From Caecitellus pseudoparvulus (taxonomy: Eukaryota; Protista; Bigyra: Bicosoecida): a DNA stretch of 64,000 bases. Within the stretch, counting starts at the first letter, position 1, and every line of letters begins with the position of its first letter. Below the pieces are notes generated by a model, which saw only the letters and a list, made by a program, of their open reading frames with translations, searched no databases and was not told where the DNA came from. The stretch lies in NCBI GenBank assembly GCA_965644315.1, contig CBFFRQ010000019.1, positions 418,057-482,056 of the forward strand, read 5' to 3'. This document shows positions 23,001 through 35,588 of this stretch, one piece after another. The translations under genes and the position numbers were made by a program.

Positions 23001-26000
23001 TCCGCGCCCTCCCCCGGGGTCCTGGCCCGCTTCGACGGCCAGGGGCACAGTGACTCGGAAGAGGGCGGGGAGGAGGGGGGCGGGTCGCCCCCCCGCTGCA
23101 ACGCAGCAGACACCCCCCGCACGTCGCGGCCCTTCTCCCCCGTCGTCAGTCCGCGCAACGCGGGCATGGTGCGGCGGCGACAGGGCGCTTTCCCCGTGGG
23201 AGTCGACGGGGGCGATGCGGTTGAGGAGGATGAGGGGGTGGGTCGTCTGGATGTGGCGGCTCTGCGGGAGCGCGTGTCAGGGGCGGCCCACGACCCCGTG
23301 CGCAGCCTGGTGCGGGGTGCGGAAAAAGAAGAGTCAGCGGCGCGGCTGGCGAAGGAGGTTGCGGCACAGCACGCGGCGGGCGGCGTGGGTGGGCCCACCG
23401 TCCCGCCTGCCCCGCCTCGTCCCCGCCCCCCTGACGTACGGTTCCTGCGCGCCAACTCCACCCCCGTGCGACCCTCGCACCGCCCCGGACCGCCCAGTCG
23501 CACGAACACGCCCCCCTCGGCGTGCGACCGCCCCCCCAGCCCCGACCCCCCCCCGCGCCGTGCCCTAACCAGTGCCAGCCCCCATGGCTCCAGCAGCAGC
23601 TTGGCACTGCCGTCTCACCGGGGGCGGCGGAATCGACGTGCCAGTGCCGCGAATATCACCTCGGCGCTGTTCTCAGGGGGCCTCGTCGCGGGGGCGGCGT
23701 CTGACTTCGCGGAACAGCGCTCCAAGGCGGAGCCGGAACAAGCTGTGGAGGGGGGCGGGTCTCTGACCCGTTCCGACTCGTCGGCCAGTGTCGCGTCGCA
23801 GGTGGACGCTGGGCTGCGACGGGCAGGGGTGGAGAGCGAGTGGGAGGTCGCAGATGCGACCCCCTCAGGTCGCAAGGCGAGCCTGGCCAAGATGGCGTCT
23901 CAACGGCGCTCCATGGCCACGTCAGGCCGAGGGGAGGCGTTGCTGGGTCCGCGGGAGAGCGGCAGGTCGCGCGTCGCGAGTGCGACCCGCTCGCCCCCCG
24001 CCGCGACCTCTGAGGCCGCCCTGGAGGCGTTTCTGCACACGCGGGAGCTGGATGCGGCCGAGTCCACCCGCGAAGCCAGCAGTGTATCCGAGGCACGCTT
24101 GCTGACGCCCGACCGACACGGGTCGACGGTGGAGCCAGATGCGCTGATCGCAAGTGCGACGCCGGGCAGTCCCGGCGACGTCTTGCGACGCCTGGGCCTG
24201 CGACCGCTGCGGTCGACCTCGGCCGCACACCCCCTGGGCACCGGCCGGGGGGGGGACACGCCAGACAGCGACGGGGTCTCGGCACGCAGTGTGTCAGAGG
24301 CCAGTGGCGGCGGGCAGCCCATGCCGTTCGTGCGGCTGGCGAGGGGCGAGGAGGGGGGGTCGCGACCCCCCTCCCCCACCGGCAGTGTCGCATCCAACGC
24401 CTCCAGTGTCGAGCAGCTGCACCGCGCTGACGGACTGCACGCGCTGGCAGACGTCATGCCGGGGGGCGGGGAGGACATTGCGGAATTTGACGAGCTGGTC
24501 GCAGCCGCCGACGACGATGCCGACGACATGCCCCGCCGCGTCAGCGTCGCCACCACCGCCATCGCCGTCCCCTCCTCCCAACTGCGGAAACGCATCCTGA
24601 GATCGGAGGCCCACCGAGTGCCTGGATCCTCCCCCCGGCACGGAGTGGGGCGGGGTCGCATCGGGTCGCACGACAGCGGCGGGGCGGAGGAGGTGGGCGC
24701 AGGGGCGGCGCCTGAGCGGCAGGGCAGCGCCACAAGTTCCGCATCTGGGGGCGGCGCCAGTGCCCACTCGCGGCACAGCAGCATGGACTCTGCCATCGGT
24801 TTCTTGGATGATGCGTTGCCTGCGACGGACGCGCTGGACCTGCGACTGGCGAGCACCCTGCGACCTGGCGAGGAGGGTGCGACCATCGACGAAGACGCAC
24901 TCCTGCGACCGCCCCCTGAGCTGACGTCCCTGAACCGCAATGCGCCCATCGCCGCGGGTGACCTGACGCAGGTGCTGCACGAGTCAGCCCGGGTGCAGAA
25001 AGAACAGAACACGACGCACAGGGGTGTAGGCGTGACGGTGTCGCGGTCGTGGATGCAGATCGTGGAGGGCGGCTCGGCCGACATGTACCAGATCTGCCTG
25101 GACACGCGGCCGCGGGCGCCGGTTACAATTTCCGCATTTTGCGGCCCCGGTAAGCACGTGCACATCGCCCCCACCACCCTGGTGTTCTCGCCCCGCAACT
25201 GGTTCATCCCGCAAATTCTCCGCGTGTCCGCTCTGGACGACCTGACCTCCACGGGCGTTTCTCGGGGCATTGTCCTGCACCAGTGCGCCAGTACTGACAC
25301 GCGCTACGGGCCGTCGTGCGTTGTTCCGCCTGTGAAAGTGTTCGTCATTGACTCCGACGAGGGCTTTCTGTTCGCCTGTGGCGACGCCGCGTACAACAAG
25401 CTCGCACTTGCGACGGGCTTCCTGTCGCACGTGGAGGGGGTGGGGGGGGCCGTTTCAACGGCGGCGAGCGGGGGGCCCGCCGCGAACACCAAGCGGAACA
25501 CCAAGCACCTCCTTACCAGCGGGGAGGATGGCCTGGTGCATGCGGGTCCAGCGGGGCCGCATCCCACACTTGCCGCCAGTGGCGCCATCACGTCTGACGC
25601 CGCCGCCGCTGGGGGCGGCGGTGGCGCCACCACGCCCCACACCCTGGCCCAACTGACTCACACAGACCCCGGTGTCCGCATCGTCGCTGCGGCAGCCGCT
25701 GCGGCAGTGGGGGCGGTGTCTGGGCAAGCCCCCACCACGGTGCTGTCGGCGGCATCCGCGAGAAATTTCGCGAAGCAGAGCAGCGCGCTGGGGGACACGT
25801 CGGGGGACGCTGCGGCGGCGCGCCTGGCGGCTCTGGAGCGCGCTGGCATCGCCCCCAGCACCCTGCAAGACCCCTACCACAACCCCTTCGACCGGCGTTT
25901 CGCGCCGTTGCTGGCGGGGGTGCTGTCGCAGTTCAACACGCCACGTGTCGTGACGCTGCTGCCGACGGCGGAGCGACTGGGCAGCGTGTTGGAGGTGATC

Positions 26001-29000
26001 GCGCAGCGGGTGGGCGTGGCGGCGAATCGGGCATTTGCATTTCTCCGCAGTCGAGGACAGGTGATGCTTGAGGATGAGGAGGATGGGCCCACCTCCCGCT
26101 TCGGGCGGCGTGACTCGCGCATCGCCTTGGGGTCGCGGGAAGCGACAGAGGAAGGCATGGGCGTTTCTGCCCAGCGACGGCGCCTGCTGGGGGTGGTGGA
26201 TGTCACGACAGAGGCGTTCGTGTGGTCGCCTGACCCCGCAGTACGCCTAGCGGTCGCACTTGGTCGCAAGGTCGACGCGGTGAAGTTAGCGCGGCGGGAG
26301 CGCGCCTTTGTCCCTGGCAGCTCACAGGGGGCGGCGGCGACGGCGGTGGCGGCGGAACACGGCGGCGGGGCGGCGGGGCACGCGGCTGTTCCGGGTTCGT
26401 TCTGGCGCCAGCCCACCTCCACCCGTCTGCTGCACCTGCGCATGGAGTATAGGGGGGGGGGCTTCATGCGCCAAGTGCCGGTGTACGTGTGCGCTGAGAC
26501 ACTGCAGGCGCCACAGCAAGCCATGGCAACCCTGACGGGGCGAGGGGGGGGGGGGACCCGAGGGGGGGACCCAGGGGGGGGCATGCAACCCCCCACCCCC
26601 CTCCTCCTGGAGACCCAGGCATCGGCGGGGACACCCCACCCGGACGGGGTGGCCGTGTCGCAGCGACCCTCGGCGGGGGCACCCCCCCCCTCCACGCGGG
26701 GGAAGGGGGGTGGCAGTGCGTGGAGTGGGGCCAGTCCCCCCTCCACGAGCCATGGAGGGCAGCAATACTTGCGCGTGACGTACCCAGGCCAGGAGCTCGC
26801 CCTGTACCGCCTCATGAACGCAGCAGCCAACGGGACGTTGACTCTGGGGTCAGGCGCACCCACGCACCGCCCCGCGACACGCAGCCTGTCGCCGCGACCC
26901 GGCGCACCCGGAACACGGGGCTCCCTCATCCATGCCGAGGAAGAACATTCGCAGCACCTGCAGAGCCCGCTGTTGAGCAGCCCTCACCGCGAAACGGGCG
27001 GCGGCCGTGGCGGGCGCCTGGCGGACTCGCCGGGGGGCCTGGGGGGCCTCGCCTCGCGATCTGGAGTCGCGGCCACAGCCGTGCGCATGGAAGACACCAC
27101 CGACCTCGGCGCAGGTGCACTGGCCCAGACGGAGCGCGTGTGGCAGGGGTTGTGGGATGCGCTGTGGGTGCCGCGTGCGGATGCGGCGGCGGTGGTGGCC
27201 GCGGCTGCGGAAATTGTGGCCGCTGCAGTCATGCCTGGTGGCATGGCCACCGCGCAGAACAGAGCCCAAGCCGCCCACTCCAAGTTGCAAGCGACGCCCG
27301 GCATGTCCCCACCCCCCCGCCGCCGGCCAGAGCGGGGTGCGGAACTTGCGGAATTTGCAGGCATCCCCCTGCCGCCCTCCTCCGCCATGGCGGGCGAACC
27401 GCGTGTTCCGGTTCGGCGGTACGTGTTCCCACAGGGGTGGGTCACGGAACACGTGCCCCTGCGTGCTGCACGACGTGTTCTGCCTGGGCTCAAGTTCCCC
27501 CTGCACCCGTCAGTGGGCGGCGGCGGCGGCGGCGGCGGCGGGGGGCACTGCGTTGACCCGCTCCTGGATCTGCCGGATGCGGACGCCAAGCTGGCAGCGG
27601 GGGCGCTGTCGCCGCGGGGAGGGGAGCCCGGAACACCCAGCGGGGCGGAGGGGGTCGATTCGGAGGCGGGGCTGCCCCCCGCCACGCGTGCTGCGTTGCA
27701 GGACGCGGGCGAGGCCCTGGAGTCACACTGCGCGGCGGGCGCCGCTGACGTCGTGCGGCACTTCGGGTTGACTCGCCTGGTGTCGCGGCGACCAGGCATG
27801 TTCATCCCCCCACCGTACGAGGAGGCCCTTGCGGCTCGCCTTGTAGAGGAGGAGGAGGGGTCTGCGGGGGGAGCAGGGTCGCCGCCGCCACGCATGGCGG
27901 GGGACGCCGGCACGACCTCAAGTCGTGTCCGCCGCCCCTCCCCCGGCCGCCTCGGCGCCCTCCCTGACGGCACCACCCCTGGCTTCAGCGCACGGCAGAG
28001 CCTGAACGGGGGCCGTATCCGGCTACGGCCGCCGGCGCTGCTGCCGACGCTGCTGGCGTACGTGCGGAATTTGCACACCTACCGCGTGTTCGCTGCTGCG
28101 GTGGGCCCATACGCGTCCCTGCCGAGAAGCGGGGGGGCGGGAGGTGGGCCCATCCCCCGCTCGCCACCTGCGCTTGCGGCGGTGCCAGAGGGGGGCGAAG
28201 GGGGGGGGGTGCCCGTGCCCCCCCTTCGGCTAGGGGGTGTGGCGGGGGGTCCGTCTCACGACCACACCTCCGCCATGGCCACTCACATGGACTCCCCCTC
28301 AGGCCTGTTCAGCAACCGCCCTGCGTTGCTGTCCGCAGATCGCCTGCGGGTGCGGGCGGCACATGCGGACCCCGCCGCCGCAGCGGGGCAGCGGCTGGGG
28401 CGACGATCTGTCATCGGGCATCCGGGGGGGCTGCTCCCCGTGGAGGGGCGGGGCGGGGAGGACGCGCACATCACGCGCACATCACGCGGGGGTGACTCCC
28501 CGCCCCAACCCAGCGCCGCCGTCGCGGGCGGTTTGCGGTGGGGGCCCCCCAGTCCCCTGCGACAGGGGGGGCGGGGTCCAGATCACCCGGAACACAGCCC
28601 CTTCGCCTTGCCGGAACAAGTCCGCCCCGACGGCGGGGCCCTGGGCCCCCTCCTCTCCAGCACGCCAGCGGACGACGCCGCCGTGTCCCTGCTCGTGTCA
28701 CCCCGCTCCAAGCCGCGCCGCGACCCGTCCGACCTCGTGAACTTCGATTTCCGCACCATGCAGGGCACGGCCCGGGCGGTGCACGCGAGGGGGGGCGGTG
28801 GCGGGGGCGGGGCGGGTGCGGAATTTGAAGTCCGGCGGCGGAAATTGGCGTCGGACATCCTGGCGCCCTCCGCCTCCGCTGGCAGCCTGGGCAGCCTGGT
28901 GTCGCACGGGGGCAGCGTTTCTTCAGATGCCTCCCCCGTGCCGTCGGGCGATGAGGGCGACGTGGATGGCACGAGTGACGAGGAGGGGCTGCAACGCGGT

Positions 29001-32000
29001 CCGTGGAGCAACGCCGCTCTCGTGCCTGTCATGCGGGTGCGCCCAGTCAGCGGGGGGAGGGGGGGGCGCCGTGGCAGCATGCCGGGGGGGGGGTCGGGTC
29101 GTGCGTTGTCACCGCGCTCCGCCCACGGCAAGCGCACGTCCATGGTGGCGGGGGGTCGCGGCGTCGGTCGCAGCGACGTGCTGGCGCGACTGTCCTCCAG
29201 CCAGCGCCTGGCCCGGAACACGGCGGCGGAACGCTGGGCGGCGCAGGGGCAGTTGAAACGCAGCGTGATGACGGGGCAGGGCGCCGACGCGACTGTGGAA
29301 GCGTGGCTACAGCGGGGGGAACTGCTGCCGCCCAGCGACGGCGGCAACAGCGACCACGCGCCGCAGGTGGTCGCAGAGGCGGGCACGACCGCGACGCGGT
29401 ATGCCCGTGAAGAGATGCACTTGGCAGTGCCCAAGGCGGAACGTGTTCGCGCTCGTCGCCTGCTGCACCCAGAAACGTCCGTGGAGGCGGCGGCCATTGA
29501 GGCACAGCGGCGGGCACTGGACGTCGCGGGGTCGGGTCGCGGCGTGCACATCGGCGCCAGCGACGTGCTGCCCCAGGGGTCGACCGTCCAGCACCCGCGC
29601 GACCGGGGGCACCCCGACGAGGTCGCGGCTGCGACCGCTGCGGCCCACCGCCACCGTGCCATGCGCTTGGGCCTGAACGTCGCACGTGAGGGGGGGCACA
29701 TGGCCCTGCTGTCGACCCGGGAAGCGACCTCTGGTAGCATCGCGACGCCCAAGCCTGGGCAGAGTCTGAAGGAGTGGTGGCGAGAGGGGGAGGGTGTGGA
29801 GGGGGGCGCGACCGTGCCACTGCCGCCGCGCGATGCGCAGGGAGGTGTGCCGCGGGCGGCGCCGTCGCGGGGAGGTCGGCACGTGCGACCTGCCTCTGCG
29901 ACCGCGCGCTTGCAGGCCCAGGCCGACGCCGAAGCCGCCACCTCCGCAGCCCTCTCCCACCGCGTCCGCCGCGTGCGATCTGTGCTCGGAGCGTACATCG
30001 CGGGCGACGTCATCGTGCGGCGGGAGGGGGGGCAGCGTGTCACGCGGTCCAAGCAGCAGGGGTTCATGTGGGCGACGGGGCGTCCGGGCAAATTCCGCAT
30101 CAAGCTGGCCAGCGGCGGCGACGTCGTCGCAGGGTACGGCGTGGCGAAACAGACCCTCATCCAAGACTCCGACTACGCTCATGCTCTGGCACAGGGGGGA
30201 GGGGGGGGGTCCGCCCGCCGCATGCCCCCCTCCTGCCGGGAAGCTGGGTCCATGAGCCCCATCCGGAAACGCAGCAGTGCGGGGGGGGGGCGTCGCCCTG
30301 CGTCGGCGGGGTCCCCCCGACCGGTGTGGCGACCCACTGCCGGGCGGGGGGGCGACAATGCGACCTACAGCGGTGGTCGCACGCTGCCCCCTGGCCTGGG
30401 GGGTCCAGGGGGGGGTCTTGAGGACGTTGCCGCCGCCGATGCACTGCGGCTGAGCAGCCCACAGGGGAGGGCGGGGAGTCGCACCGCGACCAGCCCCGAC
30501 CGCGCCTCGTCGCCCCCCCCCCCTGCGGGCCACGAGGCTGCGACCGCACCCCCCTCCACAGCACAGGCGCTGGTGGTGCCACCGGAAGTGGCTGCGTTAC
30601 GCCGGCGTTGGGCGTTTATGGCCACTTCCCGCGTCGCTCGTTGGAGCGCGGGGCAGGGCGCCAGTGACTCATCGCACGCGGTCGCCAGCACTGTGGCTGC
30701 GCTGCGAGCAGGGGGCGCTGGCACCGGCCGTGTTCCGAGTGTAGCCGGAACATCCCTGTCGGAAGGCGGCACGCTGGACCCGGAACAGGCCCCGCTGTCC
30801 CTCGCGGAGGCTGCGGAAATTGCACAGTACCGCCTGCAGATGAGCGACGCAGAGGCCCTGGCTGCTGCGTTGCGCACTGTGCGGGCCAGGGGCGTGAGTG
30901 ACCCAGTGCTGGCGCGACTCATGGCAGCGCTGTCCTTGGAGGGTGGGGACATCTCCGAGACATCAGTGTCGCTTCAGCTGCAAATCAGGGCTCGCAGACG
31001 ACAGCTGGCGGCGGCCGAGGGGGGGGGGGTTGGCGCCGTGCCGGTGTCCAGCACAGCGGTCTCCAAGGCCCCCCCCCGCCACCGCCCGGCAGGGGTGGAC
31101 GCATCGGGGGCCATCGCGAGAGCCCCCCTGCAGCAGCCCCAGCAGCGTCTGGCAGCGCGAACACGCCTCGCATCGGCCATTCTGTTCGGCAGTGCGGGGT
31201 CAGGGGCGTCTCAGGCTCTGGTAGCGGCTGAGGCTGCGCGGGTGGTAGGGGCCTCCGCGACTGGATCGGGGGTGCTGGAGCCGGAGGGGGGAGCTCGGAA
31301 CACGGAACACGTGGACGCCTCGTCGGCGCTGGCTGCGTGGGAGATGCAGGAGGGGTATGGGGGCGGGGGGGGTGGGCCCACCGCTGCGGACATTCCGACG
31401 GGACCCCGTTCCCTGTCAGGGGGGTCAGGGGGGGGTGTCGAGCCCTTCCCCCGCCCCGCCCCCACGGGGTCCAGCCACACCCGCTCTGCTCGTCGGGATG
31501 CCGCCGCCCAACGCAAGGCCAAAGCCCTGGCAGTGGTGGACACGTACGACGCCATGGGGCTGGGGCCGCGGGACATGATGGCGGTTTCTTGGCGCATGCG
31601 ACACGCCGCCGCCGCCGCCGCCGCCGCATCGCGCAGAGCCGCAGGTGCGAAGAAGTGGGATGAAAGGGGGGGGGAGGAGGGGGGGGGCTCGGACGGCGAC
31701 GGCGGCGGCGGGCGGCGCGACCGCGAGGCGGAGGCGGCGGCGGCCACGGTCGCAGCTGCGACCCGCTCAGCCCTGTCCGCCCCCACCCCCTATGACGTCG
31801 CCTACACCCCCACCCTGCACGGCGTGAAGGACGACGGTCGCAGCTTGCACTTGGAGCGGCAGGCACAGGAGTTTGCGACGTCGGCGCAGGCCGCGACGCG
31901 CCTGGCCGACGCGGCACGTCGCACAGCGACCAAGGCCCGCGAGCGCTGGCGCCGCGCCAGTGCCCTCGTCACCGCCCTGTCCACCCCATCCGCACAGTCA

Positions 32001-35000
32001 GCAGAGCAGGCTGGGGAGGGGGGGCGCCGTCGCCGCGGCCGCCGTCGTGACGGAGCAGGGGGCGGGGAGGGCGCTGCGGAAATTGACGCCGCGGCCCCCG
32101 ACCCCAAGCCCAAGAGCAAGCGCGGCGCCGGGTCCAAACGCAGAAAGAAGCGCAAGAACATGCCCCCCCCCGCAGCGCCGTCCTTCTCAGTGCCCCTCTC
32201 TGGTCGCACAGCGACGTTGGCGGGCGGCAAGCGGGGTCGCGGGAAGCAGGTCGCGCCCCGCGCGGCCCCGCAGTCGCCGCCGGACACCGCCCCCGCCCCG
32301 GACACCGCCGACATGATCGCGCACATCGGCAGCATCGCTGCGGATGCGGGGTCTATCCCCCGCGGTTTCGCCTCCCTACACCGGTCCTCTCGCTGGTACG
32401 GTCTGAACGAGGGGGGGGGCGGCGACTTCCTCACTGTGGCCACAGCCATGGCCACAATCCGGCGCATGGTGCGGGCCGTGCGAGCCCGCCGCCACGCCGC
32501 CGCTGCCCCCGACAGCCCTGACTCCGCCACTGGCTCCGCGGGGGGTGACTCCGGCGACAGCGACGTGTGGGGCGAGTCGCACCACCGTGAACGGCACGGC
32601 GAGTGGTGGGGCGCTGCGTTAACCCCCGAAGCCCGGCTGAGCCGCCGCGCAGAGGAGAGTCGCAAGAAGAGCGGCGCGGAAACCAGTCGCCTGTACACAC
32701 AGCTGCAGCTGAGTGTGAAACGCCAGCGCGTCGCGATGTCAAGTCGCCAGGAGGAAATCACAGCGCAGCACAAGGTGTACTTGAAGCTGTCAGCGGTGGC
32801 GGGGGGTGCTGCGGCGACGGGGGATGTGGATGCGGGGGGAGGGGGGGACCCCGCCCCCGAGGCTGGGGGGGGGGCGGCATCCGAGCCAGCGAAGGGCAAG
32901 GGCCTCACTGTGCGTTTCGGCGCAGAGGAGGGCGGCGGCAGCAGCGGCGGCAGCGACGCCGACAGCAGCGACGACGAGGCGACGGCGCTGGTCGCAGGCG
33001 CCGACAACTCCGCCGCAGCCCAGGCCACTGAGTGCGTGCGAGTCAGCCACATCGCAGCGGGGGGGCAGCACTCCCTCGCCATTGTGTCGGGCGGCGTGCT
33101 GTTCGCGGCGGGGTGCGGCGCGTCGGGGCAGCTGGGTCGCGGCGACCGGCACGATGCCCGAGCACCCTCCCTCGTCACCGCCCTGGCCCGCGTGCCCATC
33201 GTGAAGGTGGCGGCGGGGGCAGCCCACAGCCTGGCCGTGTCAGCTGACGGGCATGCGTTTGCCTGGGGGCGGGGGGCGGAGGGGCAGCTGGGGCTCGTGA
33301 CTGCCGCGGAAGCGTCCAGTGTAACGCACCACGTGCAGCCGCTGGTTGGCGGGGGCGACGAGGACACCGGCCCCGCGACGTATGTCCGCACACGGGAGGG
33401 CGGCGGTGACGCCCTCACACCCCGGCTGGTGTCCACCCTGGCGTCCAAGGGTGCGCGATGTCGGGTCGTGAGTCTCGCGGCAGGCGCCAACCACTCCCTG
33501 TTCCTCACCGTCACCGGCACCGTGTACGCGTGTGGCGAGAATACGGCGGGGCAGTGTGGTGTGGGGCACCGGGGCAGTGTGTTCGTGCCCACACCACTGG
33601 ACATGCCGGGAGGTGCCAGTGTATACCACGTGGCGGCGGGGACACGCCACAGTGCAGCTGTGGCGGGGGCGGGGGACGTGTACACGTGGGGGTTCGGCGG
33701 GAACGGGCGGCTGGGGCTGGGGGACGAGGAGGACCGTATTACGCCGCACCTCGTGCGCAGCATCTCCGTCAGCGCCAACACCGTCGTGTACCAGTACGAC
33801 GACGACGAGGATGAGACGGACGATGAGGAGGGGGGAGGAGGGGGGACATGGGGGGCTGAGGGCGAGGTCGGTTTCTACTCGCCCTCACGGGATACCTCAT
33901 CCCCTGCGAGGGGGGGGCGGCGCCAACGCAAGCTGTACCGATCGCGCGGTGTGCGGGTGCGCATGGTGGCGTGTGGTGACTCGCACACTGCTGCGTTGAC
34001 GGAGCACAAGACCGTGCTGACATGGGGTGGCAACGCCTCTGGGCAGCTGGGGTTGGGCCACACCTACGACCGCCACACGCCAGAGCTCGTGTGGAGCCTC
34101 GCTGGTAAGCAGGCAGTGTCTGAAGTGGCGCTGGGCATGGAGCACTCGGCGTTCGTGACGGAGAACGGCGGGCTGTTCACCTGCGGAAATTGGGAACTCG
34201 GCGCCCTGGGCCTCGGGCGCGCTTCCCGCGGCGGCGCGCACAGCAAGCCCACTGACAGGCGGTACCAGCCGCCCCCCGGCACAGGACCTCTGCACCTCGT
34301 CATTCCCGGTGGTGACCTGCAACCCGTGCGAACGGGGTTGGGTGGCACGCGCATCGTGACTGTACCGCGCCTGGTCAAGGCTCTTGTCGGCACACGTGTT
34401 CTGAGTGTGACGACGGGGCACTGCCACACGCTGGTCGTCAGCGACAGCCCCGCCCGCGCCCCCGACCACGTCGTGCCGCTGCTGTGTCGCAAGTACCACG
34501 CCACCAACGCCCTGCCGCCAGGGGCGGTGGTGGTGTACTACGCCGCTCTCGGCATTGGCGCAGCGGGGGCGGCCTGGACCAAGGCGCGACGGGCGGGGGA
34601 TATGGCCCGCCTCGTGCACCTGCGTGATGCGTGGCTGGGGCGTTTCGGGCCCCTGCTCTCCCTGCGTGAGGGGCCCACAGGCATGGCGGCGGCTATTTCC
34701 GCACACTCCGCTCGCACGCAGCGCGCCCTGTCCAGCCGCCGCCCCGCCAGTGCCTTTGGGCTGGGGACGAAAGGCGCGACCCGAGATCGGGCGGCTGCCC
34801 CCGCCAGTGGGACGGGCAGCAAGGCCGCCTCCAAGCGCAAGAAGACCCGCAAAGGCAAGCAACGCAGCAGGAGTGCGGCACGCAGCAGCCGGCCCGCCTC
34901 GGCCGCCGGCAGCGCTGTCAGTGGACGCGGGGGGGGGCTGGCCGCCTCCCCACGAGCCCCCCTCACGCAGCAGCCGGCTCCGGCGCCCGCTCCAGTCGTA

Positions 35001-35372
35001 CACCGCCCCCCCACGTACAGCGACACCATGCAGCGTGCAGCGGCAGTGTACGGCGTGCGACCAGTTTCTGCCCGCCGCCGACCCCGCGGGGAGTCACCGG
35101 GGCCCGATGGTGAGGAACAGGGTGGGCCCATGGTGGGCCCACGCCCCGATGCGCAGCACGGCCCTGGACCTGCACCCCCGTCCTACCCAGTGCGACCTCA
35201 GAGCGCGACGGAGCGTGGTCGGGGGGGGCCGCGCGGCCGGCTGCTGCGACCTGCCAGTGCCAAGCCCATGCTGCGACAGCACACAGCGGCACCTGGCATT
35301 GCTGAAGCAGGGGCGTGGCACGGCAGTCGTGTGGCGGATCACCGACCCACGCAACGCAGCGAATACAAGTGA
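20077..35372 (+). CDS. giant (~5060 aa) C2 + IQ + Ig/Calx-beta-like + RCC1-repeat protein
   Basis: Exon 20077-20110, intron 20111-20220, then an open frame to 35372. C2-like domain ~21740-22130; four IQ motifs (e.g. LQAQYRGWQGR, IQAAARGRQGR) ~22210-22560; beta-sandwich (TLVFSPRNW..PQILRVSALDD) ~25020-25360; RCC1 repeats ~33036-34440. Confidence 0.85.
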
Positions 35373-35588
35373 CTCCGCGGACCCACCCACCCCGCACTGC
35401 GTGGCCCCGCGCCCAGGCAGTGGCTTCTACAATGCAGATCACAGTACTGCACACGAGCCACACTGCCCTTTGGCACATCCCAGCGTGTGGTGCCTGTGCC
35501 CACACGCTGCGGCCGATGCGTCGGCAGCGGCGCCAGGCAAACAGCTGCCTCAGCTGCCGCTGTCACCCGCAACGAGCGGCAGCTGAGC

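Noticed and set aside
20189-35131. Many long antisense and alternate-frame ORFs (e.g. 31802..33781, 28583..30160)
   Set aside because: Shadow ORFs expected from high GC; no domain motifs; they overlap a well-supported gene.
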